Positions 45,630-59,600 of a DNA stretch of 60,000 nt are shown in pieces. Origin of the DNA: Laetmonice hystrix (taxonomy: Eukaryota); assembly GCA_965235115.1 (NCBI GenBank), contig OZ249436.1:10852001-10912000 (forward strand). Direction: 5' to 3'. The first letter of the stretch is position 1. Every line of letters starts with the position of its first letter. A program made the translations under genes and the position numbers. Below the pieces are notes generated by a model that saw nothing but the letters and a program-made list of their open reading frames with translations, was not told where the DNA came from and did not search any database.

Positions 45630-47328
45630 TGGAAACTGAAGGTCGCCCGTGTTGGTCTATTCGCCTATATCCCACCGGAAACTGAAGGTCGCCCGTGTTG
45701 GTCTATTTGCCTAGATCCCACCGGAAACTAAAGGTGGGCCGTGTAGGTCTATTCGCCTATATCTCACCGGAAACTGAAGGTCGCTCGTGTTGGTCTATTC
45801 GCCTATATCCCACCGGAAACTGAAGGTCGCTCGTGTTGGTCTATTCGCCTATATCTCACCGGAAACTGAAGGTGGCCCGTGTTGGTCTATTCGCCTGTAT
45901 CTCACCGGAAACTGAAGGTCGCTCGTGTTGGTCTATTCGCCTAGATCCCACCGGAAACTGAAGGTCGCCCGTGTATGTCTGCCTATATCCCACCGGAAAC
46001 TGAAGGTGGCCCGTGTTGGTCTATTCGCCTATATCTCACCGGAAACTGAAGGTCGCCTGTGTATGTCTGCCTATATCTCACCGGAAACTGAAGGTGGCCC
46101 GTGTAGGTCTATTCGCCTATACCCGGTATCCCACCGGAAACTGAAGGTCGCCTGTGTAGGTCTATTCGCCTATATCCTAGCCTACTGGAAACTAAAGGTC
46201 ACCCGTACGTGTAGGTCTATTCGTCTATATCCTACTGGAAACTGAAGGTCGCCCGTGTTGGTCTATTCGCCTATATCCTACTGGAAACTGAAGGTCGCCC
46301 GTACGTGTAGGTCTATTCGCCTATATCCTACTGGAAACTGAAGGTCGCCCGTGTTGGTCTATTTGCCTATATCCCACCGGAAACTGAAGGTCGCCCGTGT
46401 TGGTGTATTCGCCTATATCCTACTGGAAACTGAAGGTCGCCCGTACGTGTAGGTCTATTCGCCTATATCCCACCGGAAACTGAAGGTGGCCCGTACGTGT
46501 AGGTCTATTCGCCTATATCCCACCGGAAACTGAAGGTGGCCCGTACGTGTAGGTCTATTCGCCTATATCCCACCGGAAACTGAAGGTCGCCCGTGTTGGT
46601 CTATTCGCCTATATCCCACCGGAAACTGAAGGTCGCCCGTGTTGGTCTATTCGCCTATATCATACTGGAAACTGAAGGTCGCCCGTACGTGTAGGTCTAT
46701 TCGCCTATATCCTACTGGAAACTGAAGGTCGCCCGTGTTGGTCTATTTGCCTATATCCCACCGGAAACTGAAGGTCGCCCGTGTTGGTCTATTTGCCTAT
46801 ATCCCACCGGAAACTGAAGGTCGCCCGTGTTGGTGTATTCGCCTATATCCTACTGGAAACTGAAGGTCGCCCGTACGTGTAGGTCTATTCGCCTATATCC
46901 CACCGGAAACTGAAGGTGGCCCGTACGTGTAGGTCTATTCGCCTATATCCCACCGGAAACTGAAGGTGGCCCGTACGTGTAGGTCTATTCGCCTATATCC
47001 CACCGGAAACTGAAGGTCGCCCGTGTTGGTCTATTCGCCTATATCCCACCGGAAACTGAAGGTCGCCCGTGTTGGTCTATTCGCCTATATCATACTGGAA
47101 ACTGAAGGTCGCCCGTACGTGTAGGTCTATTCGCCTATATCCCACCGGAAACTAAAGGTCGCCCGTATAGGTCTATTCGCCTATATCCTTAGACCCACTG
47201 GAAACTGAAGGTCGCCCGTATAGGTCTATATCCCACCAGAAACTGAAGGTCACCCGTGTAGATCTATTCGCCTATATTCCACCGGAAACTGAAGGTCGCC
47301 TGTGTAGGTCTATTCGCCTATATCCCAC
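45630..47328. repeat. 46/50-bp satellite array (~36 units) with a 430-bp higher-order repeat
   Basis: Unit CCGGAAACTGAAGGTCGCCCGT(ACGT)GT(T/A)GGTCTATTCGCCTATATCCCA. Rare variants recur at 430-bp spacing (TGGTGTATTC at 46401 and 46831; CATACTGG at 46661 and 47091). Confidence 0.97.
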
Positions 47329-50202
47329 AAAGTATTCAGCTTCCGGTCTGTATCAGGATGGAATTAACACAAGGCAGTGGCGGATTTAAAGGGGAGGGGG
47401 TTATTGGGGTTGCACCCCCCCCCCCCCCGCCCTGTTACTAAGTAACGTTTCTTTTTTTCGGGTTGAAAGGTTCACACCCCCCTCCCAACCCCTTGGCACA
47501 AAACCGGACCCGCCCCTGTTACATCATATTGTAGACAAAAGGTACTGCCAACCAAGTGCTGTAAAGTGCTGGCGATAATAGATCTACTCTCCGCTACTAC
47601 ACACACAAAGGTACTTGATGGACTGCGCATGGCGATATCGAAACGAGATATTCAGCAATTGTGTCGTGTACCGACTTACAATGAGGCGATTTTTAGATTA
47701 GACTGTAGGAATAATTTCTCGTTGCTTTCACCCGTTGATCTAAAGCAACATATCAAGCCCTGCCTATAGCTCCCAGGGGAATTAAAACATTGATTCCTTA
47801 CTATATATTATCGGCGAAGATGTCCATACGAGATTGTATGTGGATAAAGAATTCTTCTTCAAGATAACAAAAAAAAAAATCAACGAGATATAAATTACCC
47901 GACTTTATACATTTGCCTACAATCATTTTCCATATATCCTAATTTACTCTTTCCGTAAATCCCTCAGCCTTTAGCAAGCTGCATTCAAGTGTGTGCTGCC
48001 AACCAGATCAGACAGGATGTTGTACCACAATGGAGTACCGACCGAGTCCCAAATAGAGTTAAATATTTCTCCTTTTCAGGATTGCTCGCAGAACTGCTGC
48101 CCATGCATTTTTTTTAGTTTTCTTCTATTTTATATCATATCATTTCGTTTCGCCACCCCGAGGGAAAATACAAAGAAGAAGGCATTGTAGAAGGTATTGT
48201 CATTTATTATGTTTAATCATTTTCCATACTTTCCTGTCGCAATTCAAATGGGTCCGTATGCTACATCCGACAGAGAGTTTCTCATGGGACAATCGGACAA
48301 TCAGGCAGTGGCCTTTAACATGAAATATGGACGAAAGAGTCAGACTATATGACTCCCGGGAGGCTGGAATTTCATGCAATGTCATCTTTTATGTCTTAGG
48401 AATTATGTGAAGTCATCATACCGGCTGGAGAACAGGAGAGGATCTAGGGGAGCCCTGGGGGCCTCACCCTTACCGCATTTCTTCGTATTTTATTGGCATA
48501 TCAAAAGGTCCTTCGTTTATTTCTCATCATGCCCTATCCTATAGAACATCCTCCACCCGCCCCTGATAGTACATGGTAACGCTCACGGCGATAACGTAGG
48601 GAGACGAGTCACAGAGCTTTTGAAAAACACGTTATGTTGGCTGTTTCGTGACAGTGCACATCCCTGTCCAATCAAATTGTAGGGTCCCATTTTGAGAGTC
48701 AGCAAGTAAACATTCAGTTAACGCCCTGGCATGGTTGGGGCCATTTCCGCGTGGATCCAGGTCGAACGCCTATCACGCAACCCCTTTACATCAGTCCCTG
48801 CTTTTGACCAAGTAAACGATGTAGGACAATGCTGTATGCCTTTACTGCCTCTATCCAGGCGTTATTGGCAGCAAAATGACAACATTCAAAAGGTAACCAT
48901 GGTTTCCATGAGTGTTCGCCTTTATTAAATATCATTCATTTCATTCATTGGCCAGCTCAAGTACTTTTCTCACGTTGTTTGACCAATAATGTACCATTTT
49001 TTGGTTTTCTTTCGTTACTATGACATTTTCAAGCTTAGATCTAGAATAAGACATATCGTATCACATGATATCACATAATGCTGATGCAAATTATCATACT
49101 GTATGTAACAACCTAGAATTTATATACTACATATTATTTCTGTATCCTGAAATAACTTTAATTTTAAAGATGTACTGCCTTATTACCTCCGTTTTCGTAA
49201 CTCATTTAGACCTAAGTATTATGTTTGGTTATAAGCCAGACTTCATTTACGGTTCCACTGGCCTGCCTTTCCCCCTCCGTAAAGAAAACCTTTTATTAAG
49301 TTTAGACCCCTCAAAGCCCTTCAAGGTTTCAACTGCCAGTGACAATAATTGTCTGTTTTAATTTTTTTTTTACACTTTTTTGGTTCCAATCTCTACCAAT
49401 TAACCTATCACATAGGCCTAAGTCTGGCCTTAAATAAAAAGTAATAAAGATTTACTGAATAAAGGAGGATTAACATAACCATTTTGGCGAAATAGAAAAA
49501 GGCTTAATTGCCCTTTTGAAGGGCATAGTAAGTTAAGACTATATTAATCTTCTACGATTGGGATACATTTCTATCTATCAGCGATCTTCTACCATTTCTA
49601 TAGAAAGAAACCACATTTGTATATAACCGCTCTAATTGGTTGTTTTCTAACTATATATGTATTTTCATGAACTCGCTATTATAATTCATGCTGAAATCAA
49701 TAATTACGGCTTGCACTCCTGAATTAAAGAAACCGTTTATAATGATACAAAATATGAATAGATCTAGCCGCCTAAAGGCGAGCAAACTTTCACCTCTTTT
49801 TATTCACGAGAAATCTTCTTGATTACAACACGGCCAAGGATCAAACGATCAAAGTGCCCTCACTACTTAAATCAGAGAGGTTGATATAGGCAAGGACGTC
49901 CATTGCAATCATCCCTGTGCTATATGGCGTGACTAGCCTTGGCCAAGGTTTTCCAATTAGTCTCTGTCAGAGACACAAGCCCCTGACTTGTGCTGTAGAT
50001 GTCTATATCACGCTATGGTATTGACGACTCGTAGAGTGGGCCGCACCTGTCGTTCTCCCTGGATGTAATTATCCTTGCACAACCCCTGGATGTATAACCA
50101 GTGGCGGTTTATAACGGTGCCAGAGACAGCCGACTGGAGTGACAGATACTAACTGTCCGAAACAATCACATTGTGTCTGACAGCGGTGAACGTGAAGGAC
50201 TC

Positions 50203-53200
50203 TCATGATGAAAATGAACCGTACATCGGTTCATGGCGGGTGCTTGAACCCAATTTGGTGATGCTCGAAGTCTTCTTGTCTAAAAGCCTTTCCATGAGTT
50301 TAAGCTTTTCCTGTTGCAATAAAAGAATACGGTTATACATATGTTCCATATTTAACACTCCTTGATCAACATATGTAACGAATTAAAGGTTCAACGTGTA
50401 CACCTAACATACTTTCCTGTTAACTTTGAACTCCGTATTGCTGATCATATTAATAAAACAATTACAATGGTTTTCTGCAATATCGCTTCGTTCCCCAAAC
50501 TTACAGACTTCAATCACACGAGGTTCGGTAACGTTTTACACCTTGTCATAATTGGTGAGTGTAGTAAAGGACATGCCTTATGTTCTTCGTCCTTACGGAA
50601 TATCGTCCATCGCCGACGATGCGCCTACATGGGGGGAAAGGCCAAAATTCACTCTTAAAATTCACTCTTAATTTGACAATAAGAGAGGAAGGGAGCAGCG
50701 AGTATTCACCTTTATTTTATGGCTGCCGCACTTTCCCTGACCTGATTGGTCAGTTCCCTGTCACGTGATCACAGATAAAAACTAATATTGCACGGAAAAA
50801 GTAATATTGACCAGTCAATATTACTTTTGCGTTGCCGTCAAGTGTTTTCACCCCCTCGTGCAAATAGGCTCCTAGGCATTCTTAACATAAGTATAATAGA
50901 ACAGCCTGGGGGGGGGGGGGGGTGACAGCGTATGATAGCAAAGCGGAAACTACGCGAGGCTGAGTTCAGAATCTTGTATAGCCTTTAGTCTAGGCTAGCT
51001 CTAGGCCTAGCTAGATAAAGCAGTCGTGAACACAATGGATCCCTGTAGCCTATCTAATTTCCCGACATGAGAAGTTTATGTGGTGACTGATTGTTAATTG
51101 GTCATGGTTTTGATCATGGTTTACTGGTAGAATTGTGAGTATACTGACGCACTGAGGCTCAGCATACCGGGAGGCCTAGATGATGAGTCCTATGGAGTAA
51201 AGTTAAACTGACTGTGCAGTCGTTGATGGGTCCTGGCATAGACAGGAAAAGTGCGGCAGTCATAAAATAAAACAAATATGGCACTTGGTATCGTGCAATA
51301 TGAAAATTTATGGCACTCTGGAAATTGATATTGCACTCCGCTTCACGTCGTGCAATATCAGTTGCCATCGTGCCATAAATTTTCATATTGCACTCAACCA
51401 AGTGCCATATTTGTATAATATTGAACATATTATATTGTACATATATTTCCCTTTTAACGTGAATTTCCGGAAACAAATGGATAACATGTGATGTAATAAT
51501 AACATATACACATTCCACAAACCTTTTTTCCATTCAATGCAGCTACAACGTAAATTCATAAGGCCTACTGTTAATACAATGCAGGTGAAATATGTACCTG
51601 ATATTTATAGAACTCGAAAAAACGTAAGAAAGAGAAAGGCAAAGTATGACACACCGCGCAGAATATCCACGTGAAGAAGAAGGCGTGAAAGAAGACGTAG
51701 AGAGAGCCGAGGACGATGAGAGCAGCTTGGTCAGCCACGTCACCGGGACGATCCTTGATGAGTGGTACAACCGAGTGCCAGACACACACCAGGCACAGAA
51801 TGGTCATCGACGTCAGAATGTATTTGTCCTGGCAGCAACAGTCGACGGCGCGTGGGCAAATCAAAGGCAAAGCTCAAGGTCAGTGAAGGATCATACGGCT
51901 CCGTTTACTGTAAATCAGGTATTTTTCGCGTGTGTTTTAATTTCGCGATTTTCGCGTTTTTAAAAAAAAACCGCCAAATAATTAAGAAACGCCAAATAAA
52001 CACTTGGAACGGCGCATTTCCAGTAATATCCGCTTACAAAACAAAACAACACTTCATTACCTTCTTTAACTTTGCAGTTGCTTACTAGCTCTTGCTGTAT
52101 TTGCGTGGTGGGGAATTAAAACTGTTGAATTTAATACATGTCTTTACTTTTAGATGGGGATGCCATTGCCTAAACGCGAATTTAAGAAACGCCAAAACAG
52201 CCCAGAATGAAAAAAAACGCGAAATTTTAATCACGCCAAATGAAAGTGATTTACAGTAATTACATACAAACGTGATATATATAATCTCTGGACCCACAAA
52301 TGGTGCACGGAAGAGTTGCATTTCAATATATCTGATCTTGGCCGGTTTTTTAATAAAGCTTCAGTCGAAATTTACTACCCAAGTTCATGAGCTGTAGGCT
52401 TGAAAGGTTTACTCCTTACGAACAGTAAATTTTGAGTCAAACTCTACTTAAAAAACCGGGCCCTGGACTTGTGCATGACGCGTTATAAACATCAAACGTG
52501 TTACGGAGAATGTATAGGTCACTGATATTATCTCCCTCAACATAAAATTACATTATATAACTCTAGGTACCACTGAGATGTTGTGTATGCATTCACTGCC
52601 CGATAATCTGAACAACGCCTCAGGAAGACATGGATAAATCAAACCCAGAATGTCTTTCATATTGCTAGGATTCTGTGTGGTGCCACCTATTGACTGCATG
52701 CGGAGATCACCCATTTCTATGTGTAGGTTACCGCTGAAAGGATCAAAAGATCTTATACCTTTGACGAGCATCTTCTTTTAAAATATCCAAAGCAACGCGT
52801 GATCATATATTATACATCAGGTCAGAGGACCAGTAGCACCAAGGACGTGGCAAATGTAATGCTACAATCACACTTCTGGCAAGCAGACCCTATTTAGGCC
52901 CTGATATAATAATATAGACTGCACTGGCATGACTGGGCGTATCCCTTTCTGTCTCTCGCTGTCCCTGTCTGACCTTCTCTGCCTATCTATCTGCCTCTGT
53001 CTCTCTTCATCTAGAAGGTCATTTGATCATGCATCCGCCAGAAACCTTTCTTGGAGAGCCCTGCAATGAGGAGCTTTATAAGGGACAAGAATGAGAAAAA
53101 AGTTAAAATGGGATAAAGCTGCGTTCGAACGCAAATTCCTTTCGTTCAAACGAAAAGCATTTGCGTTCGAACGAAAAATGTTCACGTTCGAACGGAAATG

Positions 53201-56200
53201 TTTCTCGTTTAAACGAAAAGCATTTGCGTTAGAACACAAGTACTTGCGTTCGTAAAATATAGATCAATCTATTTTTCGTTCGAACACAAATATTTTTAGT
53301 ACGAACGCAAATATTGTTCGTTCGTTCGTTCGTTGCGTTGCGGAAATACCCCATTTTGCTTTTCCCTTATAACGCTGCGTACTGCCCCATAGAACCGCGC
53401 AACATAATATAGTACCTGAAAGCGTTCATTGAGACGTGTGCACGTGTGTGATTGGTACTGATACACAGTACACAGAGAGATGACAGGTAGTGAGACCTAC
53501 TAGGTATGTGAGATACGATATCCGTGGTAGACTCTGGTTGACGACAAACTTGAATGTGATGGTTGTTAGGAGGAGGATGAAGCTGAGCTGGAGGCGATTC
53601 TGGGGCAGTTCTCGGTCCACGGCAAACGTGGCAAACGCCAGGCTGCAGATAAACAACTGCAAGACAAATCACGGTTTTACTCAAATAAACCGAAACGTCA
53701 TCAGTGATAGGACACCGTGTCGGTATGGGATGTTAGTGAAAACAAGCGATGGTAACATTACCCCTCAGAGAAAGTCACCACTCGAACGACCTATATGTAA
53801 CATATCATTCTACATTACGTACCACTTTCTTGTACTCGCGTATTTATCACTGTACCATGACGTTCATTGTACGCACCAGTATCCTAGTTATCTCTATCTT
53901 ACCTGCACTATACGCTATACCGACGTGTATTATACTTTCGTTGCACTGTGTGATAATTGATATGCCCAGGCAAAATGCCATCAAATTTACTTTTAGCAAA
54001 AACTCATGTTGTTAAAAAGGAAACGCACCATTACGAAGAGTATATTCCATATGAAGAAGCCGGGCCTCCTGGAAGCTTTACAGGCTACCGATAAGGCTGC
54101 GTGCTTGAATTTCTGATTGTGGAAGACCTTTGTGGTAACCTTGCGCCATGTTTCTACGTGGTTGTGCAGTCTCCATTCCTGCATTGACGAAATATTGAAA
54201 AGTTTAATCAGTCATCATCTGCCGGTTTTAAAAGACATACATGGCATTGGGTTATAGGTTTCGTGATAACCAATATCGATTTTCATCGGTGATCAGATCG
54301 ACGTTAAAATGACTGAACTTGAACCTCGGTCCAGCCACAGTTTGGGTCCCATGTGAGACTTCATAATTCTTGTCATGGCCAGGCCGATATCTACTCTTTT
54401 ATCAGGGCTCTTTGTCTTCTCGGTGATATGGATAATTCGACTGGATTTTTCGAAACAATTGATTTTTCCTTTTCGGGTGGGGTGGAGAGTGGGGATGGGG
54501 TTGGGAGGGGGAGTGGGGTGGGGTGGGGAGTGGGGGTTGGGTGCTGGGTGCTGGGTGCTGATAATGACAAATATATCCGCGGCTATAATTGACGAAGCCG
54601 TAGGTGGAGTTGAAACAACGAAACCGATCAAATTCAAGATGCCATTTTTTCCTTTTGATTCGTTCAAGGTAGGCCTAGTACAATTTTGTTATAAAATGTC
54701 TGAAACTTTGTGTGCGTTTTTGTATCGCAAGTCTAAAGCCACAGTAGGCCGCCATGCCGGCTCGAGCACGGATGCTTGATTACAGACGTGTTTAACCGCT
54801 GAAACATGACTCTGTCCATGTTCACTCGACCGCTGCACAAACATTATGTATCACCGCCTGGTCGCTCTGTCCTGCATGTTCACCCGACCGCTGCACAAAC
54901 ATTATGTATCAACGCCTGGTCGTTCTGTCCTGCATGTTGACCCGACCGCTGCACAAACATTATGTATCAACGCCTGGTCACTTGGTGCAGATTTCTGTGG
55001 CGACGTCAGACCGGCTCCGCCCCCGATCTAATTTTTTTTCTGATTGGTTGATGAGGTTGAGCACTTTATCGATTCGCATAGATCGTTAATATATATCACG
55101 ATATATATTTCCAGCTGTGTACAATGAATTCCCCCTTTAACGGCCTCGACGTTTCCTGCGTGCTATAATATATACCGTGTTTCTGCGTACTGCACACAAA
55201 AGAAGAAGTATGATGGAGCATGTTAGATCTCATCTGTGCGACGTTCACGAGACTAAAATGACAAAATAGATGCACAGAAAAAGAACACATTAGTGATCAC
55301 TATTCGCAATGTGCAGTGATATACGTCGAGCTGTTAAAGTTTGATCGCTAGCGGCCGTACATTGGTCACACAGATGAGGTTGGTAGTTTTACCTGTTCGT
55401 CTGCAAACGACTGCACGTTGATTCCACAAATTTCGCTGTGGTCTTCTTCTAGGTTCACTTCCGGTTCTGATCTCTCGGTTGTGATTGTGATGGTGAGATC
55501 CTTAAAAAAAGGAAATTCTACAGATGATTCGTGTCTACTAAATGGATTAGTCTCTATTTAAACCTGTGCCAAAACGATATCCACCTCAACATCGGCAACA
55601 AAGAGCTCAAAAATCATTTATAGAAGCACGAAGTAAGTCATTACTCAGCAAACTGTTTGATCCACAGTGATAATAGTTAATCTTCTAATGTTATCTTCTG
55701 TAACAGTGTAATATTCTTCTGTTCGCGAAGAACTGTAAAAGTGTAATGTCATACTGTTGACGAAGAACTGTAACAATGTAATGTTCTACTCTTCACGAAG
55801 AACTGTAACAGTGTAATGTTCTACTGTTCACGAACTGTAACAGTGTAATGTTCTACTGTTCACGAACAACTGTAACAGTGTAATGTTCTACTATTCACGA
55901 AGAAAGACTTCGATTTACTGATGGCTTCCCATGATCAGTCCATCTACTGCAAAGTAAGCAATGCAATAGGCTGATCTCAACTCCCTCACGGCTGTAGTCA
56001 AATTAACAGACGCATCGACGTATAGCGGAGATGATTATATTTGGGCCATAGGGCGACAGGCCTACATTTCCTACATTTAGCCTCACTTTTTGACCGAGTA
56101 ACTTAATCCATTTCGTAGCTATATTTATAGATTCTGCTGATGTGTTTTCTGCCAGTTAGCAATATAACCCGATCTACGAATCACTTTATTAATAGGTCCC

Positions 56201-56645
56201 GTGGTTGTTCTGGGTTTGATGGGGGTTGCCCCTATATATCAACCTTGATGGGGGTTGCCCCTATATATCAACCTTACTGTATCAACAACTCTTTGTAATC
56301 ATTATCTCACTTCGCCCACACCATTAATGACTGTCCATAGCGGTTAATGACACAGACTATACCTATAGGTTGAGATAAAGGTATCTACAGCTATTGTGTT
56401 AAAAGTAAATGGTTTAGCATCAGATGGCATGCAGAGGGTATGCTGACCTGTGTGTCGAAGGGAAACTGCTCCAGCTCGAGGTACTCGAGGAAGGTGCCGT
56501 TGATACGCCGTTTCTCATACACCGTACATAATTCGTTCTCGTCGAACGACAACATGTACCAGCTGTTCTCTCGTGGTTCTCCTAACAGGTTCTCCACGAA
56601 CAACATCGGGTTCCAGTACTCGTCCCACTCCACGGCTTCTGCATC
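50203..56645 (-). CDS. Cys-less (Pro-loop) pentameric ligand-gated ion channel subunit, 5'-partial
   Basis: Exons (minus) 56645-56448, 55500-55393, 54178-54029, 53656-53501, 51828-51655, 50624-50577, 50310-50203, all phase 0. Motifs YWNPMLFVEN (loop A), GTFLEYLELEQFPFDTQDLTITI (Pro-loop without the two Cys), EWRL, RRPGFFIWN (pre-M1), M2 NRLQLSFILLLTTITFKF, SLPRISYLTYLDKY, very short M3-M4 linker. The last two exons are less certain. Confidence 0.88.
51272..51414. repeat. ~143-bp near-perfect palindrome (foldback non-autonomous element)
   Basis: ACAAATATGGCACTTGGT...TGCAATATGAAAATTTATGGCAC is mirrored by GTGCCATAAATTTTCATATTGCA...ACCAAGTGCCATATTTGT around a short CG-rich centre. Confidence 0.85.
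51908..52256. mobile_element. MITE with TA TSD (Tc1/mariner-type)
   Basis: TA|CTGTAAATCA...TGATTTACAG|TA with subterminal CGCG/CGCC-AAA motifs. Confidence 0.75.
53078..53370. repeat. Repeat element with internal GCGTTCGAACG motifs and short ATAAGGGA/TCCCTTAT inverted ends
   Basis: Many palindromic CGTTCGAACG-like units; weak TIRs. Confidence 0.55.
54810..54979. repeat. ~57-bp tandem repeat, 3 copies
   Basis: CTGTCC(TGC)ATGTTSACYCGACCGCTGCACAAACATTATGTATCAMCGCCTGGTC occurs three times. Confidence 0.9.
55697..55902. repeat. ~32-35-bp tandem repeat, ~6 copies
   Basis: AACTGTAACAGTGTAATGTTCTACTGTTCACGAAG units. Confidence 0.9.
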
Positions 56646-59600
56646 CTGAAACCAGAGAACACACGGTCGTTTCATACTGAATCATACAGACGGAATGGAG
56701 ATGATTGCTGCTCTAACAACATCTTGCCAATCGACAAAGAGCAGCGGAAAGGATCGATTAATAGCTGAAGGTGTTACGGGGATGTGTAACAGAATCTAGA
56801 CTCGAGTACTCTGTTCACCATATCTTCACCATCTATAATCAATCGATTATTTTTCTTTCCAATGACGCGTTTATTAGTACGGATAGGAAGAACGTGGATC
56901 TCACATTCCAGGAATCCCATATTTATATTTTACAAAGAATCGGTCGATATGGATAGACGCTATAACGGCCCTACATGATGGATGTAGATAGAGGATTTAA
57001 TTCCATAATCGTCCTTAGACGATTCTTTTTCTGCAACTGCGGAACAAATAGATGTAGGTGCACGTATACACGTCTATTAATGGAATCTGCTGCAATAGTA
57101 TTCAAACACATTAACCACATTAAGTGTATTCTCCATGGAAACACTTTCTTCACAGAGAACTAGCCATTGCATACTGGAGTGACAAGAGACCACCATGGTT
57201 AGTGAGACCACCCTACCAGATGACTCTGACCATCAAGAGCCGGTTCCCGCCACCGAGCCTGGATAAACACGTCTGCTGCGTATTTCTCCTTCAATGTGTC
57301 TATCTCACCAATCTTCATGAAGACCACCCGGATATATACAGTCACCTGGTAAACATGGACAATAAACGTTCCTATTACTTTTATCCAAAATAAGAATAGC
57401 TACTACATGAGCATAGAGTATAAAGCAATCTTACTAGTATTAAAATACATTAAAAAGGATGTTACATGTCATGTCAGACTACTTTTGAATGTGAAGCAAT
57501 GATTACCGACGTTCTTTTTAAAAATGCATAATTTCTTTTCATCCAGACGTAAAAGCAAACGCCTAAAAACATCATAACAACCATAAGTGCTTCCTCTGCC
57601 CTTTCTGGGCATGAAGTGACAAAGAGAAAACTATAGCACATGTGTTTCATTATAAATGCATGCAGAGTTTACTGTCTGCTGTCCGCCTGGATATGTCTAC
57701 TCATCAAATGTTGTGTTTTATATATGCGGTTGATGCATGCAGCTGTGCCATCCAAGCTAACAAGAAAGGGCGCGCCTGCCCGGCCATAAGCTTCGCTAAT
57801 ATGAGAGTATAAATTATACATGTAGGGACCACCTATGTATTATCCAGCATATTGTGAGAAAATCATAGAATACATATTTCCGACACAAAAATAAAAGAAC
57901 GGAGGAACTCTCTCTTGGGAGAGCTCATTTCCCGCAATAAATGGGTCAAAGGCAAAATTATTATGTGCCTGACATCTACATAGATGTCTGGGAATAAGGC
58001 TAAAGGCTGAGGTAACGGCGGCTTTGGCAAAACGGTGATTATAATGAGCGGGGATCAATTCTAGTATTATATAGCTCCTAGCTCTCAGAAATGACCCGCA
58101 GCTGGTGTCTGAGTAGGTGTATCAACTATTATACATGCTATCAATGCGTCTTCTTTCTGATGTCTTTCTCGAAAGTTTTACACCTATATCTGCCTATACC
58201 GAAGTTGTGACCATAAATTAGAAACACAAAACTTCATTCCACGTTTCTGTACTTACCACTTTCTTTAAAGGAAGATATTTTGTAAGATAGTTATAGGTAG
58301 GTGTAAAACTTTCGATACTCGGACTTATATCCCTGTTCAACATTAAATATTATCTGCAAAATAAGCATGAATATCTTTGATGTAAACTGAACATTATATC
58401 CCCAATGCAACGTAATCGACATTATAACGTTCAAACTTCTGCCGTGGAACCGCTAGTTGCAGCAGAAACTGCTCTACATTGCATTGGTCATTGGCGAATC
58501 CTTCTGTGTGTAAGCCTCAAAGTGAGTGACTGAGTGAATGGGAGATTTTACGCCCTGTCGACAGTGTTACAATCATAATTCAGGGCGATAGGAACCACTT
58601 TAAGCCTCAAGGAATTCTCTATTCATTATAGAACCATTACCATGATGTTCTGACAGGTCGTTTTCGGAGGCTGGCTAACCAATGATAAAATATACTCTTG
58701 AGGTTTGAGTGCGTCAGAAATACCAATATCTGATTACAGAGAGATCTCTGGGCCCAGCTGACCACAGCCTAATCATCCCACGCCTGCTTTAGTATCGAGG
58801 AATGCCATAGTGGTCCCAGTGTTCATTACCCGAATACACCAGGTCCATCACACGTCGACCATTCAACCTCCACCCGTAGTTAGGCGTTATATTTGTCACT
58901 TATTTTATATGACGGTACTTTTGGTGTCCATCTAACATTACGCTTGCGTCAGCATTCTTTTGTATAAGGCGTGCTTCAAAAGTATCTGTATCCTGATCAT
59001 ATTTGAAGATGGCAAAATAAGGCATGCACGGGGCATAGGCCTCCCGGTACTTGGAATGCACCCATGGGCAATGACAACCTTATTCTGTCAGGATTTCAGA
59101 TTCGGTATTATCTGACCAAATGTCCAGCCCCACACACACACAACAAAATGGATCTGAAATTAAGAGATATCTTGATCACACCTCAGCGCTCACTCCAGGG
59201 TAGGCCTATGTTTACAATATAAAATCTCTCTCTACACAACGTGAGATAAGTAAAATAAATTCCTGACGCTAAAGGCAGGGCGTATAACCTCCAATTTACA
59301 CCCACCCACCCACACCAAAGGTGCCCTCTAGATATTGGGTGGTATTCTGACAACACGAAATGATTAACGGTTTCTGGTTGTCGATGAACTGGTGGTGATT
59401 TTCTGGCCGCAAACGGCGGCCGTGAGTTGGGTTTGTCAATAAGTGTGATAAGTTTGATATCACTGATCCTTCTATACCCTGAACGTCACACACAAACATT
59501 AAACACTCCACTGTCGGAATCTGATCGGGTGTGGCCAGCAACATTTCAACATACAGTTGAGAGATCAACACAGCCGGACCTGTAATGTTTAGACATCACA

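Noticed and set aside
45630..47328. Possible CRISPR-like array
   Set aside because: Units are contiguous with no unique spacers, there are no cas genes, and the context is eukaryotic; it is a satellite.
51165..51232. Possible extra channel exon (acceptor ...ATGCCAG)
   Set aside because: It gives a stop after nine codons in the required phase; could be a minor isoform but is unsupported.
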